The position numbers were made by a program, and so were the translations under genes. The notes beneath the pieces are model-generated. The model did not search any database. It saw nothing but the letters and a program-made list of their open reading frames with translations, and was not told the origin of the DNA. From an uncultured virus (IMG/VR IMGVR_UViG_3300010299_003477) (lineage: Duplodnaviria > Heunggongvirae > Uroviricota > Caudoviricetes), in the IMG/VR virus record IMGVR_UViG_3300010299_003477: 20,000 nucleotides of DNA, one strand, 5' to 3'. Of the stretch, positions 1 to 8,263 are shown piece by piece. The number at the start of each line of letters is the position of its first letter. Position 1 is the first letter of the stretch.

Positions 1-1005
1 AACATTCTCCCAAACAACCTCCTGCTGAATTGGCTGTAAGTCAAATGCGACGTTATAAAAATGTTGCTTACCTTGCTCATCAACCAAAAAATCTAACTGC
101 CCTGACCAGCCTGTAGCGACCACAGGAAGCCCAGAATAGGCTGCTTCAAAGATTGGAAGACCAAAACCCTCACCATGAGGTAAAGCAAGGAAAGCATCTA
201 CAGAAGAATCTTTATAAAGCGCATGCATTTCTTTATCGGTCATATCGCCATGAAGAAGATAAACTTTGCATTTGTGTTCTGGAAGGTTTGCTAAAAACGA
301 TTTAAGATCTTTAAGAATCTTGTTTCTATCCATTAAGCTATTTTTAACAATGTTGGTCTTAAGAATTAAGCCAACGTCTTCGTTATCTGCGAATTCCTCA
401 ACAAACCACTTAAGAGTATTTGGAAGGTTTTTGCGAGGTCCAAACTGAGCAACAGATAGAAAATTAAAGCTGGTGGAAAGATTTAGATTTAAATCTGGAA
501 GGTTTTCAAAAACTTTAACTGGATAATTCACAGCCTCAACTGGAGTTTGAAGTCTGTACTGAAATTCTTGCTGACCGTTGGTTGCAATAGCCACAGTGTC
601 TTCAAAGATATTTTTAGAATGGTTAGAGACAACAATAATTTTATCTACAACCTCATTTCCTTTTTGAAGCCAGACGGGAGCCACTTTAGTTGTTTCAATT
701 CCAGCCGTGTAGCCAATATTGATAGGAGCCAGTTTTTCCCATTCGTTTGGAATCGTAACTTGAACTGACATATCAAAAGTGCCACCGCTTTGAATATAAG
801 CAATGGTCTTTTCAATCGTCATATCGATCCATACTCGCTCTTCATCCATGTCAGTCAGCCAAGACGTGGCACCCCATTGAAGAGGCTGAATGAAAACTTC
901 AAATAAGTCCTCTCTTGAGCGAAGAGAGCGTAGCGCAAATCTTGCTTGCTCTCCATAGCCAGAACGAGTTAGTAGTGGTCCTTTTAGTAAAACCTTTTTT
1001 CTCAC
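1..1005 (-). CDS. Glycosyltransferase (GT-B, GT4-like), 3' end runs off window
   Basis: Absent from ORF track; hand translation from GTG at 1005 (GTGA overlap with upstream stop): MRKKVLLKGPLLTRSGYGEQARFALRSL...QVTIPNEW...GYTAGIETT...GPRKN...HGEGFGLPIFEAAYSGLPVVATGWSG; EGFGLPxxEA is the GT4 donor-binding motif. Confidence 0.88.
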   Translation of the reverse strand, partial: MRKKVLLKGPLLTRSGYGEQARFALRSLRSREDLFEVFIQPLQWGATSWLTDMDEERVWIDMTIEKTIAYIQSGGTFDMSVQVTIPNEWEKLAPINIGYTAGIETTKVAPVWLQKGNEVVDKIIVVSNHSKNIFEDTVAIATNGQQEFQYRLQTPVEAVNYPVKVFENLPDLNLNLSTSFNFLSVAQFGPRKNLPNTLKWFVEEFADNEDVGLILKTNIVKNSLMDRNKILKDLKSFLANLPEHKCKVYLLHGDMTDKEMHALYKDSSVDAFLALPHGEGFGLPIFEAAYSGLPVVATGWSGQLDFLVDEQGKQHFYNVAFDLQPIQQEVVWENV

Positions 1006-2288
1006 GCTACCTCCAGTAAGTGCCAAGTTTGATAGTTCTTTCTATTTTCCCAAGAACCATGCTTCTCGATTATTTCATCCATTATCCGTACCCATTCGCT
1101 TTCATAGTTATCAAAGTTGTAATTTTCACGAACATGCATCTGACCAGAAATAGACATTTTCTTATAAGCACGGTCGCTTGTATACATAGCTTCGCTTAAA
1201 GCATTGATAAAGTCTTGTTTGGCGATTCTATCCTCGTAAATATAAGGAACGCTTAAAGAACCAATAATAGACTTAGATGCAGGCTCTATGCCGATACCAA
1301 ACCAATCTTTACCATTTGTAACTTGCTCTTGCAATCCACCAGTCATGTTAACAATAATTGGAGTTCCACAAGACAGCGATTCAAGCGTAGATAACCCAAA
1401 GCCTTCTGCATCTGAAATATTAATCGTAAAATCGGCTGCATTATAAATATTCGCAAGGTCTTCTGGTGCTACCTTATTTGTTGAAATAAGAACCTGACCA
1501 TCATCAAGACCAAGATGCTCAATAATGTGTGGCAGATCTTGACCATGTGGGTCACGAGGATCAGTGTGCATTAGTAACATCGCTTTATCATGACCAACAT
1601 AATCTAGAAAGCTTTTAAACCACCAGATAAGTGTACCGCTTTGTTTACGACGGGCATTTCTGTTATTCCAAAAGAAAATAGTTTTTTCTTTATTTTTGAA
1701 CTTTCTACTTGATTCAACAGTTAGTTTGGTTCTTGTATCTTTTACTTGTTGCTTTAGTTCATCAGTTTTATACTTATAAAAAACATTGGAATTTACAGCA
1801 TGTGGAAGATAACGCGAGCTTACATCTGGTGAAACTTCCTTAACAATGTCATGGGTCACTTTTGAGATGCAAACAACCTCATCGGTTGAGTTATAAAACT
1901 CAGCGTTGTAGTGAGGAGCAGGAAAGTTATCCCATACATGATAATAAACCATAGGAACACAAGCCCTAATCTCATTTTCAATTTCCCAAAGCCAAGTATA
2001 AAAACGAGGATCAGTCATAAACCAAAGAACATCGGGGCGCTCTTTCTGCAGAATTGACCGAATAATCTCGTGATTACCATAACCATCAACTGGAAAGATT
2101 CGCCAATCATCACCATAAGGTTCGACTTTCTGCGGCTGATAGCTCTGATGCTTCATAGCCCCGCCCAAGCAAACGAAAGAATATCGTCCAGTCTTGAGCA
2201 GGGCTTCAATCATATATTTTGTTTGCGTACCAACACCAGACGGTGTTAGTGGATGGTCCGATAAGACCAAAATCTTTTTCTTTTGCAT
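1002..2288 (-). CDS. Glycosyltransferase (GT-B, GT4-like)
   Basis: N-terminal KILVLSDHPLTPSGVG, NRNARRK and EGFGLSTLESLSCGTPII motifs; 428 aa; GAGG SD upstream. Confidence 0.9.
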   Translation of the reverse strand: MQKKKILVLSDHPLTPSGVGTQTKYMIEALLKTGRYSFVCLGGAMKHQSYQPQKVEPYGDDWRIFPVDGYGNHEIIRSILQKERPDVLWFMTDPRFYTWLWEIENEIRACVPMVYYHVWDNFPAPHYNAEFYNSTDEVVCISKVTHDIVKEVSPDVSSRYLPHAVNSNVFYKYKTDELKQQVKDTRTKLTVESSRKFKNKEKTIFFWNNRNARRKQSGTLIWWFKSFLDYVGHDKAMLLMHTDPRDPHGQDLPHIIEHLGLDDGQVLISTNKVAPEDLANIYNAADFTINISDAEGFGLSTLESLSCGTPIIVNMTGGLQEQVTNGKDWFGIGIEPASKSIIGSLSVPYIYEDRIAKQDFINALSEAMYTSDRAYKKMSISGQMHVRENYNFDNYESEWVRIMDEIIEKHGSWENRKNYQTWHLLEVA

Positions 2289-2295
2289 TTATACC

Positions 2296-3054
2296 TCATG
2301 GGCACTGCTCCGAGTGCCGAAATACACATTTTTTACAAGACAAGCGATTTTTAATGTATCGCTGACTTTTAATATTATACAATGCCTTTTCTAAAAGTTT
2401 AAGGGCATTTTGAGTTTTTCTTGGACCACTAGTGACTCTAAAAAATTCAACTCGATCCTTCTTGGCAGTACGCTTAAGTAGTGCAAAGTGAGTTTCAATC
2501 TTTTTAGGGTCAATATTCATTTTAACAGAATAGAAATACTTGTATAGGGTTAGCTGATAAGTTGTGATAGCATCAGACCGCTTTTGAGCGTCCCAGCCCC
2601 ATGAACAAGTCTTCCAATCAAAGATGTGGTACTTGCCGTCAGGTGTCTTGACAATAGCATCAATATATCCGTTGAACTGATAATCTTCGTGATTATCAAT
2701 CGGCTCACCAAGCTCTTGCTCAATAGCAACAACCTCGTATTCACCGAAATAATCATCAAGCGCATCTTTAATCTCAGGGATAATCTGATTACCTTGAGTA
2801 CGCATATCATTTACAAGGTCTTCTCTAATTTCAACATCAGATAGACTTTCAATGTTCTTAGAAAACTCTTGAATAAAATAAGACTCGTCAATATCCTCGT
2901 TTAGTAGAATTTTTTCACAAGCGCTGTGGATTGTAGTTCCAAAAGCCGTAAACTCATTACCAGTAAAGCCGTCGATCTTGTCAATACGAGTAAGCTTGTG
3001 GTAAAAAGCACAAAAAACCCAATCCTTCAAGCTAGAATAAGAAATATGTGCCAT
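2296..3054 (-). CDS. PD-(D/E)XK nuclease, Cas4/RecB-like exonuclease
   Basis: HISYSS..C, GTTIH, E, GYIDAIV, IFDWKT, QLTLY motifs and C-terminal CxxC-x7-C (putative 4Fe-4S staple with the N-terminal Cys); AGGAG SD. Confidence 0.85.
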   Translation of the reverse strand: MAHISYSSLKDWVFCAFYHKLTRIDKIDGFTGNEFTAFGTTIHSACEKILLNEDIDESYFIQEFSKNIESLSDVEIREDLVNDMRTQGNQIIPEIKDALDDYFGEYEVVAIEQELGEPIDNHEDYQFNGYIDAIVKTPDGKYHIFDWKTCSWGWDAQKRSDAITTYQLTLYKYFYSVKMNIDPKKIETHFALLKRTAKKDRVEFFRVTSGPRKTQNALKLLEKALYNIKSQRYIKNRLSCKKCVFRHSEQCP

Positions 3055-3074
3055 CTTTTCTCCTTTGTCATAAT

Positions 3075-3103
3075 AATATAACCTTTGGAGATCAGATCGT
3101 CAA
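3075..3103 (-). promoter_or_regulatory. Sigma70-like promoter upstream of nuclease/glycosyltransferase operon
   Basis: Minus strand TTGACG (3098-3103) - 17 nt - TATATT (3075-3080), followed by AGGAG and ATG at 3054. Confidence 0.7.
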
Positions 3104-3786
3104 GTTTGATCTTTCATTTTATTTATTTTATCTATCTTAGAGTATAGAATAGGGCAAGTCATTTTCAACCAAACGAGGTCTTCGTTTAAATAATAATAAG
3201 TAAATCCTGTTGCAAAATATTCTCTTAATGAAGTAGCAGCATAAGCACTAATAAAAATACCAAGAGCGACCATTGATAATTTATTATAGCCAACTTTGTT
3301 TAATAGGTAATCATCAAACTCAGCATCATATTCTGGATCTAAAAAGAAACTTTTTGGTGTTTTGTAACCATGAGCCCAAAGCTCATCATAAAGACGAATT
3401 CTTTTTTGCAAGAACTCTTCTTCAAGTTGTTTGTCTCCGTATATTTCATATCCATAAGATTCTTCTAAAGAATGTGACATTTCATGAATTAAATCATCAA
3501 TAAGATCTGCCTCATTATCTTGTTCATTTGAAATGTAAAGGCAACCATCACTATAGAATGCATTTATTTTTCTTTCTTCAAACTCTTTGAAGTGTCCGAT
3601 TGCAACCATTTCAACTTCAGAAAATAAATGTGGCGGCAAAACACTTTCTAATTTTGAAATTACTACTTCGGGGTTAACTCCGTTTGAAACAGGATCTTTA
3701 ACGTAAACGTGTAGACCGTTTGAAGTATAAAAATCGTTCACGCTATTCAGATTCCGCTGATAGGACTCTTTCAAGTAATTGAGCAT
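3100..3786 (-). CDS. Putative zincin-like metallopeptidase
   Basis: HEMSH (HExxH) plus downstream YAATSLREYFA, resembling the third-ligand motif of MtfA/anthrax-LF-type zincins. Confidence 0.6.
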   Translation of the reverse strand: MLNYLKESYQRNLNSVNDFYTSNGLHVYVKDPVSNGVNPEVVISKLESVLPPHLFSEVEMVAIGHFKEFEERKINAFYSDGCLYISNEQDNEADLIDDLIHEMSHSLEESYGYEIYGDKQLEEEFLQKRIRLYDELWAHGYKTPKSFFLDPEYDAEFDDYLLNKVGYNKLSMVALGIFISAYAATSLREYFATGFTYYYLNEDLVWLKMTCPILYSKIDKINKMKDQT

Positions 3787-4021
3787 CTTCTAAACCCTCT
3801 TGGTATCCTCTTAAGAAATTTTCTTCGGCTACTGCATAAAGAAATTCTGGAAACTCAGAAGCAATAACCTCGACAATCATATTCACAGAAACTTCTTCAG
3901 AATTAAATTTCGTCCCAGCATACTCAACCAAATATTTTTTCAAATCAGAATCAGGCTGGACAACCAGCCCTAAATCTGGGTTTGTATGAACTTCTTCTTC
4001 TGTCAATACTTTCTCATTCAT
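3743..4021 (-). CDS. Hypothetical acidic protein
   Basis: 92 aa ORF, start overlaps phoH stop (TAATG), same strand as neighbours. Confidence 0.7.
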   Translation of the reverse strand: MNEKVLTEEEVHTNPDLGLVVQPDSDLKKYLVEYAGTKFNSEEVSVNMIVEVIASEFPEFLYAVAEENFLRGYQEGLEDAQLLERVLSAESE

Positions 4022-5358
4022 TATAACACCTTTGACGCTAATGTAGCAAGGTCAGAACGCTCGCCTTTCTTAAAAGTAACGTGCCCAGCAATCTTATAAT
4101 TCTTAAACGATTCAACCGCATGAGCTAACCCATTTGATGTTTCGTTTACATAAGCATTGTCAATCTGTTCAACGTCACCAGTTAGAATGATTTTTGCATT
4201 CTCACCTATTCTTGTAATTATAGTCTTAATTTCGTGTTTTGTTAAGTTCTGTGCCTCATCAATTACGACAAAAGCATCTGATATACTTCTTCCGCGAATG
4301 TAAGTTAGTGCTTCAATTTCGATTTTGCCTTTATCAACATAAATCTGCATTGAAGTACCATCGCCCATAAGAAACTTTAAGTTATCTTGAATAGGCATAA
4401 GCCACGGAAGCATCTTTTCTTCCATCGTACCGGGAAGGAAGCCGATATCTTTGCCAAGAGGCTGAACAGGTCTAGAAACAATAAGACGAGAATAATGATT
4501 ACTGTTTCCTCTTAATCCTATTGTTTGTTGCAGCCCTGCTGCTATCGCACATAAAGTTTTACCTGAGCCTGCTCTACCAACAAGAGAAACCAACCTAACA
4601 TCAGGATCCATTAGCAAATCAATTGCAAAGGCTTGCTCTTTGTTTCTTGAGTTAATTTTCCAATCAGGTATCTTGTCATGATATATTTTTTTCAAAGGCG
4701 TCTGATGGTCCACAAAGCGTGCTATGCATGTTTTCTTTGGGTTCGCGTTAGAGATCAACAAAAGATATTGGTTTGGGTACAGCTTTTGATTAATTTCTTC
4801 TTTGTTTATAAATAAATGATTTCCATCGTAAAACTGTTCGATAAAAGCATCATCAACAAGAATCTCAGTAAAACCTTGGTAAAGCTCGTCTGAGGATTTT
4901 ACAGCTTTTTCAGAATCATAATCTTCTGCAACGATACCTATAGAGTCACAGATAACTCGCATGTTAATGTCACGAGAAACTACAACTACTTTTCTTTTTG
5001 GATTTGTATTTTCAATTGCTTTGGCTGTTGCAATGATCTGATGATCTGGAACTGATAAGTTTAAATCAGATGGAAAGTTTGCATGCTCTAAAGCATCATA
5101 AGACATTACTTTTAATATGCCTTTGCCTTTATCGAGTCGGACGCCTTTCTGAAGACAACCCTTCGCTCTTAGTTCGTCTAAAAAGCGAATAATCTTTCTT
5201 GCGTTAACACCGACTGAATCTTGTCTTTTCTTGTGCTTGTCTATTTCTTCAAGCACTTTTAGAGGCAAAAATAAATCATGATTTTCAAATTTATAAATTG
5301 CTTCTGCGTCTGTTAGGCAAACGCTTGTATCTAATAAATAATTCTTCTTTACAGCCAT
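4021..5358 (-). CDS. phoH: PIN-PhoH family protein (PIN RNase domain + PhoH-like ATPase)
   Basis: N-terminal PIN (LLDTSV, VLEEID, DHQII, VSRDINMR); Walker A GRAGSGKT, IGFLPG, YIRGRS, VIDEAQN, GDVEQID, RS.LA PhoH motifs. Confidence 0.95.
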   Translation of the reverse strand: MAVKKNYLLDTSVCLTDAEAIYKFENHDLFLPLKVLEEIDKHKKRQDSVGVNARKIIRFLDELRAKGCLQKGVRLDKGKGILKVMSYDALEHANFPSDLNLSVPDHQIIATAKAIENTNPKRKVVVVSRDINMRVICDSIGIVAEDYDSEKAVKSSDELYQGFTEILVDDAFIEQFYDGNHLFINKEEINQKLYPNQYLLLISNANPKKTCIARFVDHQTPLKKIYHDKIPDWKINSRNKEQAFAIDLLMDPDVRLVSLVGRAGSGKTLCAIAAGLQQTIGLRGNSNHYSRLIVSRPVQPLGKDIGFLPGTMEEKMLPWLMPIQDNLKFLMGDGTSMQIYVDKGKIEIEALTYIRGRSISDAFVVIDEAQNLTKHEIKTIITRIGENAKIILTGDVEQIDNAYVNETSNGLAHAVESFKNYKIAGHVTFKKGERSDLATLASKVL

Positions 5359-5365
5359 AAAAAAC

Positions 5366-5408
5366 CCCTTATTGGCAAAAGATAAATAGTTCTCAACACT
5401 AATAAGGG
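5366..5408 (-). promoter_or_regulatory. 8-bp inverted repeat enclosing ACTATTTA motif and covering phoH SD
   Basis: mRNA sense CCCTTATT (5401-5408) ... ACTATTTA (5383-5390) ... AATAAGGG (5366-5373) GTTTTTT ATG. Confidence 0.5.
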
Positions 5409-5418
5409 CAATTAAAAG

Positions 5419-5491
5419 TCTGAGTGGTAGGACTTGAACCTACAACCCCCGCACCCCAAATGCGGTGCGCTACCAATTGCGCTACACCCAG
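5419..5491 (-). tRNA. tRNA-Pro (TGG)
   Basis: Cloverleaf: acceptor CTGGGTG/CACTCAG, TAGCGCAATTGGTAGCGC D-arm, CCGCA-TTTGGGG-TGCGG anticodon arm, GTAGG-TTCAAGT-CCTAC T-arm; CCA not encoded. Confidence 0.95.
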
Positions 5492-5502
5492 AAATAAGAT
5501 AA

Positions 5503-5575
5503 TGGAGATAAAGAGATTCGAACTCTTGACCTTCTGCGTGCAAAGCAGATGCTCTCCCAACTGAGCTATACCCCC
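5503..5575 (-). tRNA. tRNA-Ala (TGC)
   Basis: GGGGGTA/TATCTCC acceptor with G3.U70 Ala determinant, TCTGC-TTTGCAC-GCAGA anticodon arm, AAGAG-TTCGAAT-CTCTT T-arm; CCA not encoded. Confidence 0.96.
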
Positions 5576-5582
5576 ATAATCC

Positions 5583-5777
5583 TTATCCGACTTTTTCAGT
5601 TAGATACTGAACATCGGAAGCAACATCGCTTTTAAAGCGCTTGAGTTCGTTTCGAAGAATATTAACTTCATCATTTAAAGCGCTGATTCTACCAAGAGCG
5701 TGAACAAGTCTTTTATTCTGCTCTTGAAGTCTGCTCTCAAAATAATTTCTATCGAATACATCTACGGTATCGGGCAT
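5583..5777 (-). CDS. Small coiled-coil hypothetical protein
   Basis: Start revised from 5831 to ATG 5777 (MPDTVDVF), which has an AAGGAG SD; heptad pattern LQEQNKRL...ISALNDEVNILRNEL. Confidence 0.7.
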   Translation of the reverse strand: MPDTVDVFDRNYFESRLQEQNKRLVHALGRISALNDEVNILRNELKRFKSDVASDVQYLTEKVG

Positions 5778-5823
5778 CTTCACTCCTTTTTTAAAAATTG
5801 AAAACCAAATTTGCTTTATTCTT

Positions 5824-5857
5824 AATAACATTTTACACCATTCACGTCAAATGTAAA
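5824..5857 (-). promoter_or_regulatory. Sigma70-like promoter upstream of small ORF and tRNAs
   Basis: TTTACA (5852-5857)-16 nt-TAAAAT (5830-5835), overlapping an alternative TTGACG-17 nt-TATTAA. Confidence 0.5.
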
Positions 5858-5863
5858 GTTATT

Positions 5864-6358
5864 TTACCACAAATAATTCTTCCAGATATCATTTATTTGA
5901 GAATTACTAACATATCTAAGAGAAGAATATCTTGGTGGTGCTGGAGTTCTTAGCAAATCCATGCCACTTTCTTTTGGCGTTCTATTACTTTTCTTTTGGT
6001 TGCATTTTCTGCAAGCAGCAACAAGATTGTTCCAAGAGTTATTGCCACCACGAGATTTAGGCAAAACATGATCTAATGTCAGTTCTTTATCTGGAAATCT
6101 GTTTCCGCAGTATTGACAAATATTATCATCTCTACAAAGAATGTGCTTTCTAGTTGGAGATACAATAGCTGTCCTATACTTTACCAATCGATTTAAAACA
6201 ATAACTGCTGGAAGCTCAAAAGTTTGGCTTGTTGAATTTATTTTTTGTGTGTAATTTTCAATTGCCTTTGCTTTGCCAATAATACAAAGAACTAAAGCCT
6301 CTAAAGAATCTATAACTTCGATTGGTCGAAAAGTAGAATCTAATTTTAAAGTTTTCAT
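5864..6358 (-). CDS. HNH endonuclease (McrA-like)
   Basis: RDDNICQYCG...LTLDHVLPKSRGG...WNNLVAACRKCNQKK: CxxC, DH, N, CxxCN motifs. Confidence 0.93.
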   Translation of the reverse strand: MKTLKLDSTFRPIEVIDSLEALVLCIIGKAKAIENYTQKINSTSQTFELPAVIVLNRLVKYRTAIVSPTRKHILCRDDNICQYCGNRFPDKELTLDHVLPKSRGGNNSWNNLVAACRKCNQKKSNRTPKESGMDLLRTPAPPRYSSLRYVSNSQINDIWKNYLW

Positions 6359-6486
6359 TATTCTTCTTCGTATTCTTCTTCACGCTCGTCATAACAAGAA
6401 AGACAAATTATCTCTCCATCTTCAGTAATTTCATAACCTGAATTATAAATGCAGGTATCGCAGAAATCACAAACTTTAGCAGTCAT
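6358..6486 (-). CDS. Small zinc-finger-like protein, 42 aa
   Basis: Below ORF-track cutoff; hand translation MTAKVCDFCDTCIYNSGYEITEDGEIICLSCYDEREEEYEEE; two CxxC pairs; TAATG overlap with HNH start; fills the gap. Confidence 0.75.
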   Translation of the reverse strand: MTAKVCDFCDTCIYNSGYEITEDGEIICLSCYDEREEEYEEE

Positions 6487-6493
6487 TTATTTT

Positions 6494-7063
6494 TTAATCT
6501 CCGTAAAAGTCCACATCAAGTGGAGTAGCTGGTAAAGGTTGCCAAATGGCAACAATAACTTGGTTTGGATCTTTACTTTGGGGATAAATAAAGCCTTTAA
6601 AGCCATATTCTCTTTCACCTAAAGTTGCCACTCTTTCAAAAACGTTTGTTGGGTAATATCTTGGAGTACCAAACTCTTTTTCTCTTATTTCTTTATATTC
6701 ATCAACACGTCTGGATAATCCAAGAGGATCTTTCATAACAGGATACAAATCATGTTTATTAACTGTAACAGTGTAAGCAGAGCCTTGAATTCTTCCAATG
6801 CCAGTATCTTCTTGCCCAAGACGAGTAAAATAAAACACTCTTGGACGATCCCAAGCTCGATATTCAGCTTGACTATACGTTTTTCTACCAGCAGCAGCAA
6901 TTTGAGGATCTAAAACTTCAATATCTGGAGTCGAAGAAACATGATAAAGCTGAACTTGGTCAGGAAGATCTAAAGGATAAGCATTATCTAACTTTGCAAG
7001 CTGCTCATCATCCATTATTTCTTCAGTTAAATATTTGTTCCAGTTTTCAAAAAGTTTTTTCAT
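6494..7063 (-). CDS. Putative ADP-ribosyltransferase-fold protein with MKKLFENW leader
   Basis: Leader MKKLFENWNKYLTEE; LYHVSS..I.VLDP...FYFT...Y.V.V...GFKGFIY pattern resembles H-Y-clade ART folds. Confidence 0.45.
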   Translation of the reverse strand: MKKLFENWNKYLTEEIMDDEQLAKLDNAYPLDLPDQVQLYHVSSTPDIEVLDPQIAAAGRKTYSQAEYRAWDRPRVFYFTRLGQEDTGIGRIQGSAYTVTVNKHDLYPVMKDPLGLSRRVDEYKEIREKEFGTPRYYPTNVFERVATLGEREYGFKGFIYPQSKDPNQVIVAIWQPLPATPLDVDFYGD

Positions 7064-7064
7064 T

Positions 7065-7412
7065 TTAAGTGTTTCCTGTATCTTCTTCTATAAAGAAATT
7101 ATCTATATCGTACTTATCATATTGTGCTGAAAACTCACTATAAGTCAACCCTAAAAATCTTGCAGCATCTATTTTTGATTTAGAAGTTGAAATAGCAAAT
7201 TTTAAAAGTGCTTCTTTCACAATATAATCCGATCTTCTCCAAATGTCAAGTCCATATAACCTGTATTTTAAATTAGCACATGCTAGTTCTAACTTTATAG
7301 CAATTAGATCTTCTAAAGTTAAATTAGAAATTAACACTAACAGATCATTGCTGATCAAATTATTATATGTTAATTTATTAATTATACTTTTATTCTTTAA
7401 TTTGCTAATCAT
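7065..7412 (-). CDS. Fis-like helix-turn-helix protein
   Basis: C-terminal ALLKFAISTSKSKIDAARFLGLTYSEFSAQYDKYDI matches the Fis/NtrC-type HTH pattern (AARxLGI...L..KY.I). Confidence 0.6.
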   Translation of the reverse strand: MISKLKNKSIINKLTYNNLISNDLLVLISNLTLEDLIAIKLELACANLKYRLYGLDIWRRSDYIVKEALLKFAISTSKSKIDAARFLGLTYSEFSAQYDKYDIDNFFIEEDTGNT

Positions 7413-7422
7413 TTGCTAATCA
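7401..7422 (-). repeat. Tandem 11-bp direct repeat TGATTAGCAAA x2
   Basis: Plus strand TTTGCTAATCA at 7401-7411 and 7412-7422, spanning the start codon. Confidence 0.8.
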
Positions 7423-7442
7423 CTACTGATCAATTCTTTAAT

Positions 7443-7471
7443 AATGTAATTTGATTTCAATAATCTGTCAA
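7443..7471 (-). promoter_or_regulatory. Sigma70-like promoter
   Basis: TTGACA (7466-7471) - 17 nt - TACATT (7443-7448) in an intergenic gap, with A-tracts upstream. Confidence 0.7.
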
Positions 7472-7489
7472 GGGACTTTTTTGTAATTT

Positions 7490-8263
7490 TTAATCTAAAC
7501 CAAGATCAATCTCATCTTCTGTAGGTTGCTCCAGATCTTGTTTAGCCATATCATAAGCTTGGTTAGAAGGCTCTTCAATACTTGGATCTAATTCTTTTTC
7601 AAACTTATCAAAATAAAGCTTTACATTTGTAATCAAGTAATCGTAGAATAATTCTTGATCTTCAGCATTAGATAACAACTCATAAGCATCAATTATGTTT
7701 GTTTCGATCTTTTTAAAACACGAATAAGCAATGTTTCTTCCAGTCTCGTCCTGACCTTCAATACCAAATTCTTTTCTTGGATCTTCAGGTTCTTCTTCTT
7801 CCGCTTTTTCAGCATCAGAGCGAATATCAATAAACTTGTCAGATTCTGGATTAGCTTCATCGTCTTCAATTTCAATACTAATCTCTTCTTCTAAATCTTC
7901 TTCAGAGTTGCCTGCTTTTGTATTCATTTCAACAGGAGTTAAAGTATTAATGATAGCTTGGATAACGTGAGCACGGAAAGACTTACGTTGTTCTGGGTCG
8001 GTTGTCATAATTTTGTAATCTGCTTCTAAAACAGGAACAATCTTCTTTAATAGATCTTCCAGAATGTTAATTCCAGTAGACTTATTTGGGGTTGGATTTG
8101 TATCAGAAACCTGAGCTTCCAAGATCAATAAATCGCGAATAATAGAACGTAGTTTTTGCTCTTCTATTTCAATTGCTTTTTGTTCTTGCAATCTTTTTCT
8201 TTTAGTGACTCTGATCATTTCTCTAATGTCTTGTCTCAGTTGTTTCTCTTCTTTTGTAATCAT
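7490..8263 (-). CDS. Acidic hypothetical phage protein
   Basis: 257 aa; ATGA-like overlap with upstream gene; contains KLRSIIRDLLILE leader-like motif. Confidence 0.75.
   Translation of the reverse strand: MITKEEKQLRQDIREMIRVTKRKRLQEQKAIEIEEQKLRSIIRDLLILEAQVSDTNPTPNKSTGINILEDLLKKIVPVLEADYKIMTTDPEQRKSFRAHVIQAIINTLTPVEMNTKAGNSEEDLEEEISIEIEDDEANPESDKFIDIRSDAEKAEEEEPEDPRKEFGIEGQDETGRNIAYSCFKKIETNIIDAYELLSNAEDQELFYDYLITNVKLYFDKFEKELDPSIEEPSNQAYDMAKQDLEQPTEDEIDLGLD

Noticed and set aside
5778..5831. N-terminal extension of the 5583 ORF
   Set aside because: Overlaps the predicted promoter; the SD supports ATG 5777.
5864..6358. HNH as intron-encoded or mobile homing element
   Set aside because: Free-standing, translationally coupled, no interrupted host gene and no separate DNA-binding domain seen.
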